64,000 nucleotides of DNA. Origin: an uncultured Acidobacteriota bacterium. GTDB lineage: Bacteria; Acidobacteriota; Thermoanaerobaculia; UBA5066. The stretch is taken from NCBI GenBank assembly GCA_963779415.1, contig CAVZYA010000002.1, positions 448,001-512,000 on the forward strand, read 5' to 3'. The first letter of the stretch is position 1. Each line of letters begins with the position of its first letter. A model generated the notes under the pieces. The model was not told the DNA's origin, did not search any database, and saw only the letters and a program-made list of their open reading frames with translations. Shown one piece after another: positions 37,213 to 48,607 of the stretch. The position numbers and the translations under genes are program-made.

Positions 37213-40200
37213 ATGAACCGCCCGCTCGCGCTCTTCCTTGGCGTTCTACTTTCGTCGACGCTTTCCGTGAAGGCTCAGGAGCCGGAAAAGCCGAAGACGC
37301 CCTTCTCGTCCGAGACGTTCTCCGGGATCAAGCTGCGCGAGATCGGCCCGGCCGTCACGTCGGGCCGCGTCGCCGACATCGCGGTCGTCCCCGATCACCC
37401 CGCCGTCTGGTACGTGGCCGCGGCCTCGGGGGGCGTCTGGAAGACGACGAACGCCGGGACGACCTGGACGCCCCTCTTCGACAAGGAGGGGTCGTACTCG
37501 ATCGGCTGCGTCACGGTCGACCCGCAGAACCCGAACGCGATCTGGGTGGGGACGGGGGAGAACAACTCGCAGCGAAGCGTCGGGTACGGCGACGGCGTCT
37601 ACCGGTCGCTGGACGGCGGGAAGAGCTGGAAGAACATAGGGCTGAAGTCGTCGGAGCACATCGGGAAGATCGTCGTCGACCCGAAGAACTCCGACGTCGT
37701 CTATGTCGCCGCGCAGGGGCCGCTCTGGGCGGCCGGGGGCGACCGGGGCGTCTACAAGACGACGGACGGCGGGAAGACGTGGAAGGCCGTCCTTTCGATC
37801 TCGGAGAACACGGGGGCTTCCGACCTCTGGATGGACCCGCGCGACCCGAACGTCCTCTACGCGACGTCGTACCAGCGGCGGCGGCACGTCTGGGGGATGG
37901 TGGACGGCGGGCCGGAGTCGGCCATCTGGAAGACGACGGACGCCGGCGCGACGTGGCGGAAGCTGGAGAAGGGGATCCCCAAGGCGGACCTCGGGCGGAT
38001 CGGCCTCGCCGTCTCGCCTGCGGACCCGGACGTCGTCTACGCGATGATCGAGGCGACCGACCCGAAGGACCGCGGGACGTACCGGTCGACCGACCGGCGG
38101 CGAGAGCTTCACGCGCGTGGGGGACTACTCGGCGCCGGGGCCGCAGTACTACCAGGAGATGATCCCCGACCCGAAGGACGTCGACCGCGTCTACTCGATG
38201 GACGTCTTCAACATGGTGACCGAGGACGGCGGGAAGACGTGGAAGCGGCTGGGCGAGAAGAACAAGCACGTCGACAACCACGCGCTCTGGATCGACCCGG
38301 CCGACACGAGCCACCTCGTCAACGGGAACGACGGCGGCGTCTACGAGAGCTGGGACCGCGGGGCGACGTGGGAGTTCAAGGCGAACCTCCCCGTCACGCA
38401 GTTCTACCGGGTGGCGCTGGACGAGTCGAAGCCGTTCTACTACGTCTACGGCGGGACGCAGGACAACACGACGCTCGGCGGCCCGTCGCGGACGACGACG
38501 GTGCACGGGATCGTCAACTCGGACTGGTTCGTGACGACGGGGGGCGACGGCTTCTTCTGCGCCGGTCGACCCGAAGGACCCGAACATCGTCTACTCCGAG
38601 TCGCAGCACGGAGACCTCGCCCGCTTCGACCGGAAGTCGGGGGAGGAGGTCGACATCCAGCCGCAGGCCGGGCCGGGCGAGGCGCCGCTTCGCTGGAACT
38701 GGGACTCGCCGGTGATCATCAGCCCCTTCTCGAACACGCGGATCTACTTCGCCGCGCAGAGGCTCTTCCGGAGCGACGACCGGGGCGACGACTGGAAGGC
38801 GGTCAGCGGCGACCTGACGCGGCAGGTCGACCGGAACAGGCTGAAGATGATGGGACGCGTCTGGGGACCGCGACGCCGTCGCGAAGAACACGTCGACGTC
38901 GTTCTACGGAAACATCGTCTCGCTGGCCGAGTCGCCGAAGAAGGAAGGGCTCCTCTACGTCGGGACCGACGACGGCCTCGTGCAGGTGACCGAGGACGGC
39001 GGCGCGAACTGGCGGAAGGCGGAGACCTTCCCCGGCGTGCCGGCGAACGCGTACGTCTCCCATCTCGCGCCGTCGCCGCACGACGAGGGGACGGTCTACG
39101 CGGCGTTCGACAACCACAAGATGGGGGACTTCAAGCCGTACCTGCTCAAGAGCACGGACCGCGGGAAGACGCTGGACGTCGATCGCCGGAGACCTCCCGG
39201 CGCGCGGGACGGTCTACACGGTCGCCGAGGACCCGGCGAAGGCCGGCCTCCTCTTCTGCGGGACGGAGTTCGGGCTCTTCTTCTCGCCCGACGGCGGGAA
39301 GCAGTGGATCCAGCTCAAGGGCGGGATGCCGACGATCGCCGTCCGCGACCTCGCGATCCAGAAGCGCGAAGGGGACCTCGTCCTCGCGACGTTCGGGCGG
39401 GGCTTCTTCGTCCTCGACGACCTGACGCCGATCCGGCCGCGCGACCGACGAGCTGCTCGCGAAGGAGGCGGCGCTCCTCCCGGTGCAAGAACGCGTGGAT
39501 GTACGTCCCGTCGATGCCGCTCGGGCTAAGGGACAAGGCGTTCATGGGAGAGTCGTTCTACGCGGCCCCGAACCCGCCGTTCGGCGCGGTCTTCACGTAC
39601 TACCTGAAGGACGAGCTGCGGACGAAGAAGAAAGCGCGGCAGGCCGAGGAGAAGAAGATCGCGGCGAAGGGGGGAGACGTCTTCTACCCGCCGTGGGACG
39701 AGCTCAGGGCCGAGGAGCGGGAGGAGGAGCCGACGATCGTCCTGACGGTGACCGACGGAGCTGGAAACGTCGTCCGGCGGCTCGCGGGAGCGGTGAAGGC
39801 GGGATTCCACCGCGTCGCGTGGGACCTGCGGTACCCGGCGTCGAACCCGACGCGCCCGCCGAAGGCCGAGGAGGACCCCGAGAGCATCTTCATGCCGCCG
39901 CTCCGCGGCCCGCTCGCGATGCCGGGGAGCTACACCGTCACGCTGGAGAAGAAGGTGGACGGCGTGGTGACGAAGCTGGCCGAGCCGGTGAGCTTCACGG
40001 CCGAGGTGCTCGGCACGGCCAGCCTTCCCGCGCCCGACCGCGCGAAGGCGCTGGAGTTCGAGAAGAAAGTGGCGCGGCTGCAGCGGGCCGTCCTCGGCTC
40101 GGTGGAACTGTCGAAGGAAGCGGAAAAGCGGCTCGAGATGCTGCAGAAGGCGCTTTTCGACACTCCCGCGGCCGACGCCGCGCTGATGGCGCGCGCGAAG

Positions 40201-40512
40201 GAGCTGAGCCTGAATCTGAAGGGGATCGAGGAGCAGCTCTCGGGAGACAAGGTGATCGCGAAGTACCAGGAGCCCGTGCCGCCGTCGATCAACCAGCGCG
40301 TCCAGCGGATCGTCCACGCCCTCTGGTCTTCGACCTCCGCCCCCACCGGCACCCAGCAGCGGGGGTACGACATCGCCGCCCAGCAGTTCGCGCCCGTCCT
40401 CGCGAACCTCCGGACGCTCGTGGACTCGGACATGAAAGCGCTCGAGACGAAGGCCGAAGCCGCCGGCGCCCCGTGGACCACGGGACGCGTTCCGACGTGG
40501 CAGCCGGAATGA
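37213..40512 (+). CDS. VPS10/BNR-repeat beta-propeller glycosyl hydrolase-like protein (several frameshifts)
   Basis: IGPAVTSGRVADI, repeated T/S.DGG.TW, GGTQDN, DLVLATFGRGF across frames. Confidence 0.85.
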
Positions 40513-40589
40513 TCAAACGGGGTCAATCAAACGGGGTCGCGTCTCAATTATCCGAATCAAACGGGGTCGCGTCTCAATTATCTATTATA
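40512..40589 (+). repeat. GGGGTC-N-ATTATA motif preceded by two progressively longer partial copies
   Basis: ATCAAACGGGGTC x3 (GGGG at 40519, 40533, 40563); last copy GGGGTCGCGTCT-CAATTATCT-ATTATA. Confidence 0.88.
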
Positions 40590-40649
40590 CGTGGCCCTCG
40601 CATCGCGGGACGTCGGGCTTCTTCCTTCCCCACGGGGGCGATCTTCGTT

Positions 40650-43600
40650 TCAGATCGCCGGCGCCAGTTCGGTTCCTTCCGGCTCCTGCTTGGCCTCTGT
40701 CGCCTCGGGCGCGGTGGCGGCATGGGTCCGCGCCACGAGGACGTAGATCGACGGCACGACGAGGAGGGTGAAGGCGGTGCCGACGATCATGCCGGTGACG
40801 AGCATGATGCCGATGGAGTTCCGCGCGCCGGCGCCCGGGCCGCGCGCGAAGACGAGCGGCAGGTGGCCCATGACCGTGGCCGCCGTCGTCATCAGGATGG
40901 GCCGGAGGCGCGTGCTCGCGGCCTCGACGACGGCCTGCACCTTGCCGACGCCCTGTCTCCTGGAGCTTGTTCGCGAACTCGACGATCAGGATGCCGTTCT
41001 TGGCGATGAGGCCGACGAGGGTGATGAGGCCGACCTGGCTGTAGATGTTGAGCGACGTGAGGCCGAGGAACGAGAAGAGGAGCGCGCCCGAGAGCGCCAG
41101 CGGCACGGAACCGGCCAGGATGATGAACGGGTCGCGGAAGCTCTCGAACTGGGCGGCGAGGACGAGGTAGATGAGGATGGCGGAGAGGAGGAAGGTGCCG
41201 AGGAACTTGCTCCCCTCGGTCCGGAGCTGGCGCGACTCGCCCGCGTAGTCGATGGTGAAGCCCTTCGGCAGGATCTTGGCCGCCTCGGTCCTCGAGGAAG
41301 ACGAGCGCCTTGTCGAGGGAGACGCCCGGCGGGATGACCCCCTGGACGCGCACCGCGTTGAGCTGCTGGAAGCGCTTCAGCTCGCGCGGCTCGGTCGTCG
41401 TCTTCAGCGAGGCGAAGGTGGAGAGCGGGACGAGCTTCCCGTCGGCGCCCGTGACGTAGATCTGGCGAAGCTGGTCGGGGGTGAGGCGCTCGACACGCTT
41501 GACCTGCGGGATGACCTTGTAGCTCCGCCCCTGGATGCTGAAGCGGTTGACGTAGTTCCCGCCGAACAGGGTGGAGAGGTCCTTCCCCGCGTCGGAGAGG
41601 TTCACGCCCTGGGCCCGCACCTTGTCGCGGTCGAAGACGACTTCGACCTGCGGCTGGTCGAACTTGAGGTCGGAGTCGGCGAACATGAAGAGACCGCTCT
41701 GGAACGCCTTCCCGACGAGCTGGCCCGCGAAGCCGGCCAGCTGCTCCGGCTCGGCGGTGGAGGCAATGACGAAGTCGACCGGGAAGCCGCTCCCTCCGGG
41801 AAGAGGGGGCGGAGTGAGCGAAATGACGCGGACGCCGGCGATCTTCGAGGACTTCGCGGCCGCGAGCATCTGCAGGTCCTGGGTGGAGCGCTTCCGCGCG
41901 CTCCAGGGTTTCGTGACCATGCCGCCGAAGCCCCCGCTCGGGGAGGTGATCTGGAAGATGCTCTCGCTCTCGGGGAAGGACCGGTAGACGTCGGCCACCT
42001 GCGAGGCGAAGAGCGTCGTCTGGTCGAGGGTGGCGTTCGGGGCCGCCTGGATGACGCCGAAGACGACGCTCTGGTCCTCCTTCGGCGCGAGCTCCTTCTG
42101 GGAGAAGAGATAGAAGGGGACGATGAGGAGCGTGACGAGGACCCAGAGCGTGAGGACGACGGGCCGGTAGTTCAGGGTCGCGGCGAGCTGACGCGCGTAC
42201 GTGGCGCGGAACGCAGTCGAAGCGCCGGTTGACCCAGCCGGCGAAGCCGCGCTCGGAGTCGCCGGACCGAAGCAGCTTCGAGCCCATCATCGGCGAGAGG
42301 GTGAGCGCCACGACGCCCGAGACGATGACGGCGCCCGCCAGCGTGAAGGCGAACTCGCGGAAGAGCGCGCCGGTGAGGCCCCCCTGGATGCCGATCGGGG
42401 CGTAGACCGCGGCGAGCGTGATCGTCATCGCGATGATCGGCCCGACCAGCTCGCGGGCGGCCTTCATGGCGGCTTCGAGCGGCTTCTGGCCGAGCTGGAG
42501 GTGCCGCTCGACGTTCTCGACCATGACGATGGCGTCGTCCACGACGAGCCCGACGGAGAGGACGATCGCGAGGAGCGTGAGGAGGTTGATCGTGAAGCCG
42601 GCGAGGAACATCAGGAAGACGGCGCCGACGAGCGAGACCGGGATCGCCACGACCGGGATCACGACCGACCGGTACGAGCCGAGGAAGAGGAAGATGACGA
42701 GGACGACGATGAGGAGCGTCTCGGTGAGGGTCTTCAGGACCTCGTCGATGGCGTCCTGGATGTAGGCCGTGGAGTCGTACGGGATCCCGACTTTCATCCC
42801 GGCCGGGAGCTGCGCGCGGATCTCGGGAATGGCCTCCCGCACCCGCTTGATGACCTCGAGCGCGTTGGCCGTTCGGGAGGACCCAGATCCCCATGAACGT
42901 GGCGTCCTGCCCGTTGAAGTGGACGTCGGAGTCGTAGTCCTCGGCGCCGAGGACGACGTCGGCGATCTCGCCGAGCCGGACGATGGTTCCCCTCGTCCTG
43001 CTTGACGACGAGCTGGCGGAACTCCTCGGCGGTCTGGAGGTTCGTGTTCGCGACGAGGTTCACGGAGACCATCGAGCCCTTCGTGCGGCCGAGGGCGGAG
43101 AGGTAGTTGTTGTTCGCCAGCGCGTCGCGCACCTGCGAGGCGGAAAGGCCCGAGGGCGGCCATCTGGTCGGGCTTCAGCCAGATCCGCATCGCGAACGTC
43201 CGGCTCCCGAGGATGTCGGCGCGCTGCACGCCGCTGATCGGCCGCGAGCTTCGGCTGGACGACGCGCGTCAGGTAGTCGGTGATCTGGTTCTGGTCGAGG
43301 TCCGCGGAGGAGAAGCCGATGTACATCGACGCGAACTGCGAGTCGGCCGTCTGGAGGTCGATGACGGGGGCCTGCGCCTCGGGCGGGAGGTCGTTCCGCA
43401 CCTGCGCGACCTTGGCCTGCACCTGCGTCAGCGCGGCGTTCGTGTCGTAGTTGAGCTTCAGGTGGACGGTGATGGTGCTGACGCCCTGCGCGCTCGACGA
43501 CTCGAGGTAGTCGATGCCGTCGGCGCTCGCGATGACGCGCTCGAGCGGGGTCGTGATGAAGCCGCGGACGAGGTCGGCGTTCGCGCCGACGTAGACCGTC

Positions 43601-43743
43601 GTCACCTGCACGACGGCGATGTCGCTGCGCGGGAACTGCCGGACGGAGAGCGAGCGGATCGACTGGAGCCCCGCGATCGTGATGACGAGGCTGACGCAGA
43701 CCGCGAGGACGGGCCGCCGGATGAAGAGGTCGGTGAGCTTCAT
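40650..43743 (-). CDS. RND efflux permease, AcrB/MexW-like (several frameshifts)
   Basis: MKLTDLFIRRPVLA, GLVVDDAIVMVEN, LFREFAFTL, GLIAKNGILIVEFAN, RLRPILMT. Confidence 0.9.
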
Positions 43744-44877
43744 CAGGAGTCCTGCGGCTTCGGGGCCGGGTCGTTGCCCGGCTGGACCTCGTTGTTCACC
43801 TCGACGGATGCGCCGGTGCGGAGCTTGAAGACGCCCGAGGTGACGATCTCCTGCCCGGGCTTCAGGCCGGAGAGGATCGCCACCTGGTCGCCGCGGGAGC
43901 GCCCCAGCTTCACGAACTGCTGCTGGGCGCCGCGGTAGGAGACGCCGGCCGGGTTCTTCATCTCGGCCACGACGAAGACGGAATCGCCGTAAGGCGCGTA
44001 GCTGATGGCCGAGGCCGGGAGCGCGATCACCGTCGTCGTCGTTCCGAGCAGCAGCTCGGTCTCGACGAACATCCCGGGGCGGAGCGTGCCGCTCGGGTTC
44101 GGAAGCGTCGCCTGCACCTGGACGTTCCTCGTCCCCTCGTCGACGATCGAATCGAGCGCCGTGACCTTGCCGGCGAGCTCGGCCGGGGGATCCGTCGCGC
44201 CCTGCGCCGTGACGCGGACGGCGGCGCCGACCCTCACGCGGCCGACTTCCTGCTGCGGGATCGAGAAGTTGACGTAGATCGGGTCGAGGGACTGAAGCGA
44301 CACGATCCGGTCTCCCGCCGCGAGGTACTGGCCGAGGTTCGCGTGGCGGATGCCGAGCATCCCCGTGAAGGGGGCCCGGATCGTCTTCCGCTCGATGGTC
44401 GCCTTGATCTCGCCGACGCGGGCTTCTCCCTGCACCTGGGCCGCGACGGCGCTGTCGAGGTCGGCCTGCGGCAGGACGCCGCCGTCGCGGAGCCCGCGGG
44501 CCCGCTCGAGGTTGAGGCGCGCGAGGGCGAGCTGCGCCTCCGCCGCCGCCAGCTGGGCGCGCTCCTGCCGGGTGTCGAGCGTCGCGAGGACCGTGCGCTG
44601 CGTCACCGTCTCGTCCCGACTCGAACGCGATCGTGTCGACGACGCCCGGAAGGTCCGCGCTGACCGTGACGCCCTGGACGGCCACGACGCTGCCGATGGC
44701 GGTCAGATTGGCCGGCCATTCCACTTCCCGGGCGACGGTCGTCGTGACGGCTTCCGGCGGCGGCTGGTAGGAGGAGTTCTGGGCGATGGAAGCCTTGACC
44801 TGCCGGACCTTGAGCGTCCCGACGGCCGCGAGGAAGACGGCCACGAGGGCCAGCATCAGCGCCATCCGTTTCTTCAT
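43743..44877 (-). CDS. RND periplasmic adaptor (MFP), frameshift near 44610
   Basis: N-terminal TM anchor, AVQGVTVSAD..GVV, IRAPFTG, LRPGMF, GLKPGQEIVTSG. Confidence 0.9.
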
Positions 44878-45017
44878 GAAGAACTTCCCTTCGGGTCCGC
44901 CCGGGCGGACGCAGAGCGAGGACCGGACGGAGAAGAATACGTCACCACTTGAGACCCGGTTTCAATTCGAACCGGCGGGCGACCCGGGCGCGACCTGAGT
45001 CCTGTCCCGACCGGTTC

Positions 45018-45065
45018 TATAATATAAAATAGAGACACGACCCCACTGAAGCGACCCCACTGAAG
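45018..45065 (-). repeat. GGGGTC-N-ATTATA motif with 14-bp tandem duplication
   Basis: Minus strand GGGGTCGTGTCT-CTATTTTAT-ATTATA; (CGACCCCACTGAAG)x2 at 45038-65. Confidence 0.88.
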
Positions 45066-45089
45066 TAGGAACTAGAGTCGCCTTCCGAC

Positions 45090-45620
45090 CTAATCGCTGA
45101 TCGGCACGTCCTCGAAGGGCTGCGCGCCCGGAATGAACACGGAGATGATCTTGACGTCCGGCGGAACCGCGATGAACTTGGCCCACGTGCCCAGGGTCTT
45201 CTTCGGCTCGAGCACGAAGACCTTGCCGTGCCCCCCGTGCTTTCCGGCCACGAGATTGCCCTTGGTGTCCTTCACCACGGGGTACTTCATCTTGTTGTGG
45301 GCGTCGACCAGATAGGCGTCGTAGACGAGGCTGAAGGGCTCGCTCCAGCCCATGCCCTTGAAGGACTCACCCAGTCTCTTCGGCTTGTCGGTCTTGTTGC
45401 GGTACTCCCACTTGACGGTGAGCGTGCCGTCGCTGACGCGCTTCACCGAGAGAAGCGCGACCTCCACGCCTTCCACTTCGTAATCGCTGACGGCGATGGC
45501 GGCCGGGGCGGCGCCCTTTACGGCCGGAGGAGACCCCTTCGCCTCGTAGGCCAGGCCGGACACCATCCACGACAGCGAGAAGACGAGCGGGAAAAGGGGA
45601 ACGGAACGTCGACGCAGCAT
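45090..45620 (-). CDS. Exported hypothetical protein (beta-rich)
   Basis: Signal-like N-terminus; YLVD...KYPVVKD, WAKF..P, PFEDVPI. Confidence 0.7.
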   Translation of the reverse strand: MLRRRSVPLFPLVFSLSWMVSGLAYEAKGSPPAVKGAAPAAIAVSDYEVEGVEVALLSVKRVSDGTLTVKWEYRNKTDKPKRLGESFKGMGWSEPFSLVYDAYLVDAHNKMKYPVVKDTKGNLVAGKHGGHGKVFVLEPKKTLGTWAKFIAVPPDVKIISVFIPGAQPFEDVPISD

Positions 45621-45808
45621 CTTGAGATTCCTCCTTTGGGATTCATTGAGACCGACTCTCAGTTTGCCACATCGGGGAGCCGACGCGCCGGTTTCGGGGG
45701 TGGACCGGCAGAGGCGCTTCGGCCAGCCGGCGGGCCGGGGACGACAGATTGCGACCGAGGTCCCGTGCCGGTCGCTCGTATGGACGGGCGACAATAACCG
45801 GACCTGAT

Positions 45809-46636
45809 ATGCGGAATCCGACGCTGGCTCTTCACCCCGCGCACGCCGCCCTCGCGGCCGAGGTTGCCGCGCTGCGGGAGGAGCTGGCGGGGCTGCTGGC
45901 CGAGGTGGACGAGCTGGTGGAGTTCGTCCGGCCGGGCCTTCTGGCGCTCTACCAGGTGCGGCTGGGGCCGGCGGAGCTTCAGCTTCTGGCCGCGCAGTAT
46001 GAGCTGGCGCGGGTGAAGCGGGCGATCGATCTCGCGCAGGCGGCCCTGAACGCCGGGAAAAAGCCCGACCCGGCCCGGATCGAAGCGGCGCTGGATCGCG
46101 AGGCGGCGGAATGGAAGGAGCGTCTCGAGGCGGCGGCGAAGAAACTGAAACAGGCGCACGAGCACCTGAAGGGACTTCTGTCGAAGGAGGATTCGGCGGA
46201 GATGAGAAAGCTCTACCTCGTCCTCGTGAAGAAGCTCCACCCCGACCTGCACCCGGACCTTTCGGACGAGGAGAAAAAGCTCTGGCACAAAGTGCAGGAG
46301 GCCAACCTCCTCAACGACCTCCCGGGGATGCGCGCGCTCGTGGCCCTCGTGGAAGGGAAGATCGCGCCGAAGGAGACGCCGGCGATGGATGCGCTGGCGC
46401 ACAAAAGGGACGTCCTTTCGAAGCACGCGGAGGCGCAGCGGAAGAAGATCGCGATGATCCGCTCGGAGCCCCCCTTCACGATGGAACGGGAGCTGAACGA
46501 CGAGGCGTGGGTGAAGGGGCGGTGCGAGGCGCTGGCGGCCGAGGCGGAGAAGTTGAAGCGGCAGGCAAAGGAGCTGACGGCGAATTTCGCGCTTCTGATG
46601 GCGGGCGAGGATGGGAACGGACCTCAAGTCCATTGA
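45809..46636 (+). CDS. Coiled-coil protein with internal J-domain-like HPD segment
   Basis: MRKLYLVLVKKLHPDLHPD...LWHKVQEA embedded in long helical regions. Confidence 0.75.
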   Translation: MRNPTLALHPAHAALAAEVAALREELAGLLAEVDELVEFVRPGLLALYQVRLGPAELQLLAAQYELARVKRAIDLAQAALNAGKKPDPARIEAALDREAAEWKERLEAAAKKLKQAHEHLKGLLSKEDSAEMRKLYLVLVKKLHPDLHPDLSDEEKKLWHKVQEANLLNDLPGMRALVALVEGKIAPKETPAMDALAHKRDVLSKHAEAQRKKIAMIRSEPPFTMERELNDEAWVKGRCEALAAEAEKLKRQAKELTANFALLMAGEDGNGPQVH

Positions 46637-47009
46637 CCCGGCGCTTCTGGCGCTGATGCACGGCTCGTTCGGGAAGGACGGGGCGCTGAAGCCGTTCGCG
46701 AAGGAGATCTTCCTTCTGGAGTGCCACGTGGCCGGGACGAGCCACCAGCCGGTGAAGGAGATCGAGCCGGGGCTGAAACCGGGCGCGCTGCTGCCGTTCC
46801 TGCGCGAGCCCGCGAACAAGTTCGACGCGCTGGCCATCGCGATTCACGACGAGGCGGGACACACGCTGGGCTGGGTGCCGAAGGAGAAGAACGAAGTTCT
46901 CGCGCGCCTGATGGACGCCGGCAAGCTCCTCTTCGGCCGGCTGGAGGGGAAGAGCTGGGTGGGGGGCTGGCTGAAGCTGGACGTCCGGGTGTTTCTGAGG
47001 GAGTTCTAG
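46611..47009 (+). CDS. HIRAN domain protein
   Basis: HVAGT, LREPANKFDALAIAI, LGWVP...N.VLARLMDAGK. Confidence 0.88.
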   Translation: MGTDLKSIDPALLALMHGSFGKDGALKPFAKEIFLLECHVAGTSHQPVKEIEPGLKPGALLPFLREPANKFDALAIAIHDEAGHTLGWVPKEKNEVLARLMDAGKLLFGRLEGKSWVGGWLKLDVRVFLREF

Positions 47010-47097
47010 AGACTCCGTCCGCTTGGTCAGACCACGAGCCGAGGAAGAACGTCCATCGGAACCATCGGAACCTCCGATACGGCTTCATAATCTCACC

Positions 47098-48600
47098 GTG
47101 GCGGGGCTTCGCGCGCTGTTCTTCCTTCTGCTCTCCGCGCTCGTCGCGCTCTCCGGCGCGGCCCAGTCTCCGGCCACCTTCGTGACGCCCGCCGGAACGG
47201 CGCTGCCGCTCCGTGTCGAGGAAGCGGAAGGAAAGACGTTCTTCGCCGTCGCGGACGTCGTGGCGGCGCTCGAGGGGACGGCCTCCTTCGACACCGAGAC
47301 GCGCTCGTACGAGGTGAAGCTGAAGGCGCACACGGCGATCTTCGGAGGCGACGCGCCGCTCGCCGTCGTCGACTCGAAGATCGTCTACCTCGCCGGGCCC
47401 CTCCGGACGAAGGGAAGCCTCGCTTTCGCCGACACGGAGTTTTTCGGCCGCGTCTTCGGCCCGATGACGGGACTCTCGTTCGCGTGGGACGCCGGGAGAA
47501 GGACGCTCACGGCGTCGCGGGGGCCGGCCGTGGAGATCACGGCCGAGGCGAGCGTCACCGACGTCGGAGAGGCGACGAAGGTCGTTCTCCGCTTCTCGCA
47601 GCCGCCGCAGTACCGCGTCGAGAAGGGGGACGAGACGGTCGTCCTGAAGTTCCCCGGCGCGCGAATCGTCGCGGCCACGCCCGAGAAGAGCGTGGACGGG
47701 CCGCGCGTGGCGCGCGTCGTCCTCCGGCCGGGCGAGGCGGTGATCACGCTCCGGGGAAAGGACTTCGCGACGAACGTCTACCCGCTCGGCGGTCCGCCGC
47801 GCCTCGTCGTCGACGTGACGCGGCCGGCCGCCGGCACGGCGGAGGCCGTCGGGACGGCGCCGGCCCCGGAGACGTCGAAGGCGCGGATCGTCGTCCTCGA
47901 CGCCGGGCACGGCGGGAGCGAGGAGGGGGCGAAGGGGCCCGCGGGACTTCTCGAGAAGGACGCGACGCTCGCCCTCGAAAAGACGATGCAGGAGGTCCTC
48001 TCGAGACACGGCTACCGCGTCGTCTCGACGCGGACGACCGACGCGACGGTCTCGCTCGAGGACCGTGCCGCATCGGCCAACGGCGCGAAGGCCGACGTCT
48101 TCGTCTCGCTCCACGCGAACGCCTCGCGGAGCCCCTCGGCGCACGGGACGGAGGTCTACTACCTCTCTCTCGACGCCTCCGACCGCGCGGCGGCCCTCCT
48201 CGCCGAGAGCGAGAACAAGGCGGTCGAGACGCCGACGGCCGGGAAGAACGCCGCGGGGCGCGACCTCGACCTCATCCTCTGGGATCTCGCGCAGAACCAG
48301 CACCTCGCCGCGTCCGAGCGGCTCGCGGAGATCATCCAGGCGGACTTCAACCGGCTTCTCGGCGTCTCGTCACGCGGCGTGAAGCAGGCGCCCTTCCGCG
48401 TCCTGATCGGCGTGAACGCCCCCGCGGTCCTCGTGGAGGTGGCCTTCATCACGAACCCCGAAGAGGAGAAGAAGCTCGCGTCGGAAGAGTTCCGTCGGCA
48501 GACGGCGGAGACCCTGGCCGGGAGCCTCGACACCTTCTTCCGGACGGCGGCCTCGGTTCCGCCCGTCCCGAGCGCGCCGAGGCCGCCAGGGCGTCCCTGA
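47098..48600 (+). CDS. N-acetylmuramoyl-L-alanine amidase (Amidase_3)
   Basis: Signal peptide; VLDAGHGG, EKD, FVSLHAN, PAVLVEVAFITN. Confidence 0.92.
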   Translation: MAGLRALFFLLLSALVALSGAAQSPATFVTPAGTALPLRVEEAEGKTFFAVADVVAALEGTASFDTETRSYEVKLKAHTAIFGGDAPLAVVDSKIVYLAGPLRTKGSLAFADTEFFGRVFGPMTGLSFAWDAGRRTLTASRGPAVEITAEASVTDVGEATKVVLRFSQPPQYRVEKGDETVVLKFPGARIVAATPEKSVDGPRVARVVLRPGEAVITLRGKDFATNVYPLGGPPRLVVDVTRPAAGTAEAVGTAPAPETSKARIVVLDAGHGGSEEGAKGPAGLLEKDATLALEKTMQEVLSRHGYRVVSTRTTDATVSLEDRAASANGAKADVFVSLHANASRSPSAHGTEVYYLSLDASDRAAALLAESENKAVETPTAGKNAAGRDLDLILWDLAQNQHLAASERLAEIIQADFNRLLGVSSRGVKQAPFRVLIGVNAPAVLVEVAFITNPEEEKKLASEEFRRQTAETLAGSLDTFFRTAASVPPVPSAPRPPGRP

Positions 48601-48607
48601 ACGCGTC

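Noticed and set aside
40563-45044. Tn3-family transposon ends (GGGG start)
   Set aside because: No 38-bp near-perfect inverted repeats, no 5-bp target duplication seen, no transposase or resolvase.
47053-47078. CCATCGGAA tandem repeat and small palindrome upstream of the amidase
   Set aside because: Too short and single-instance to support a function.
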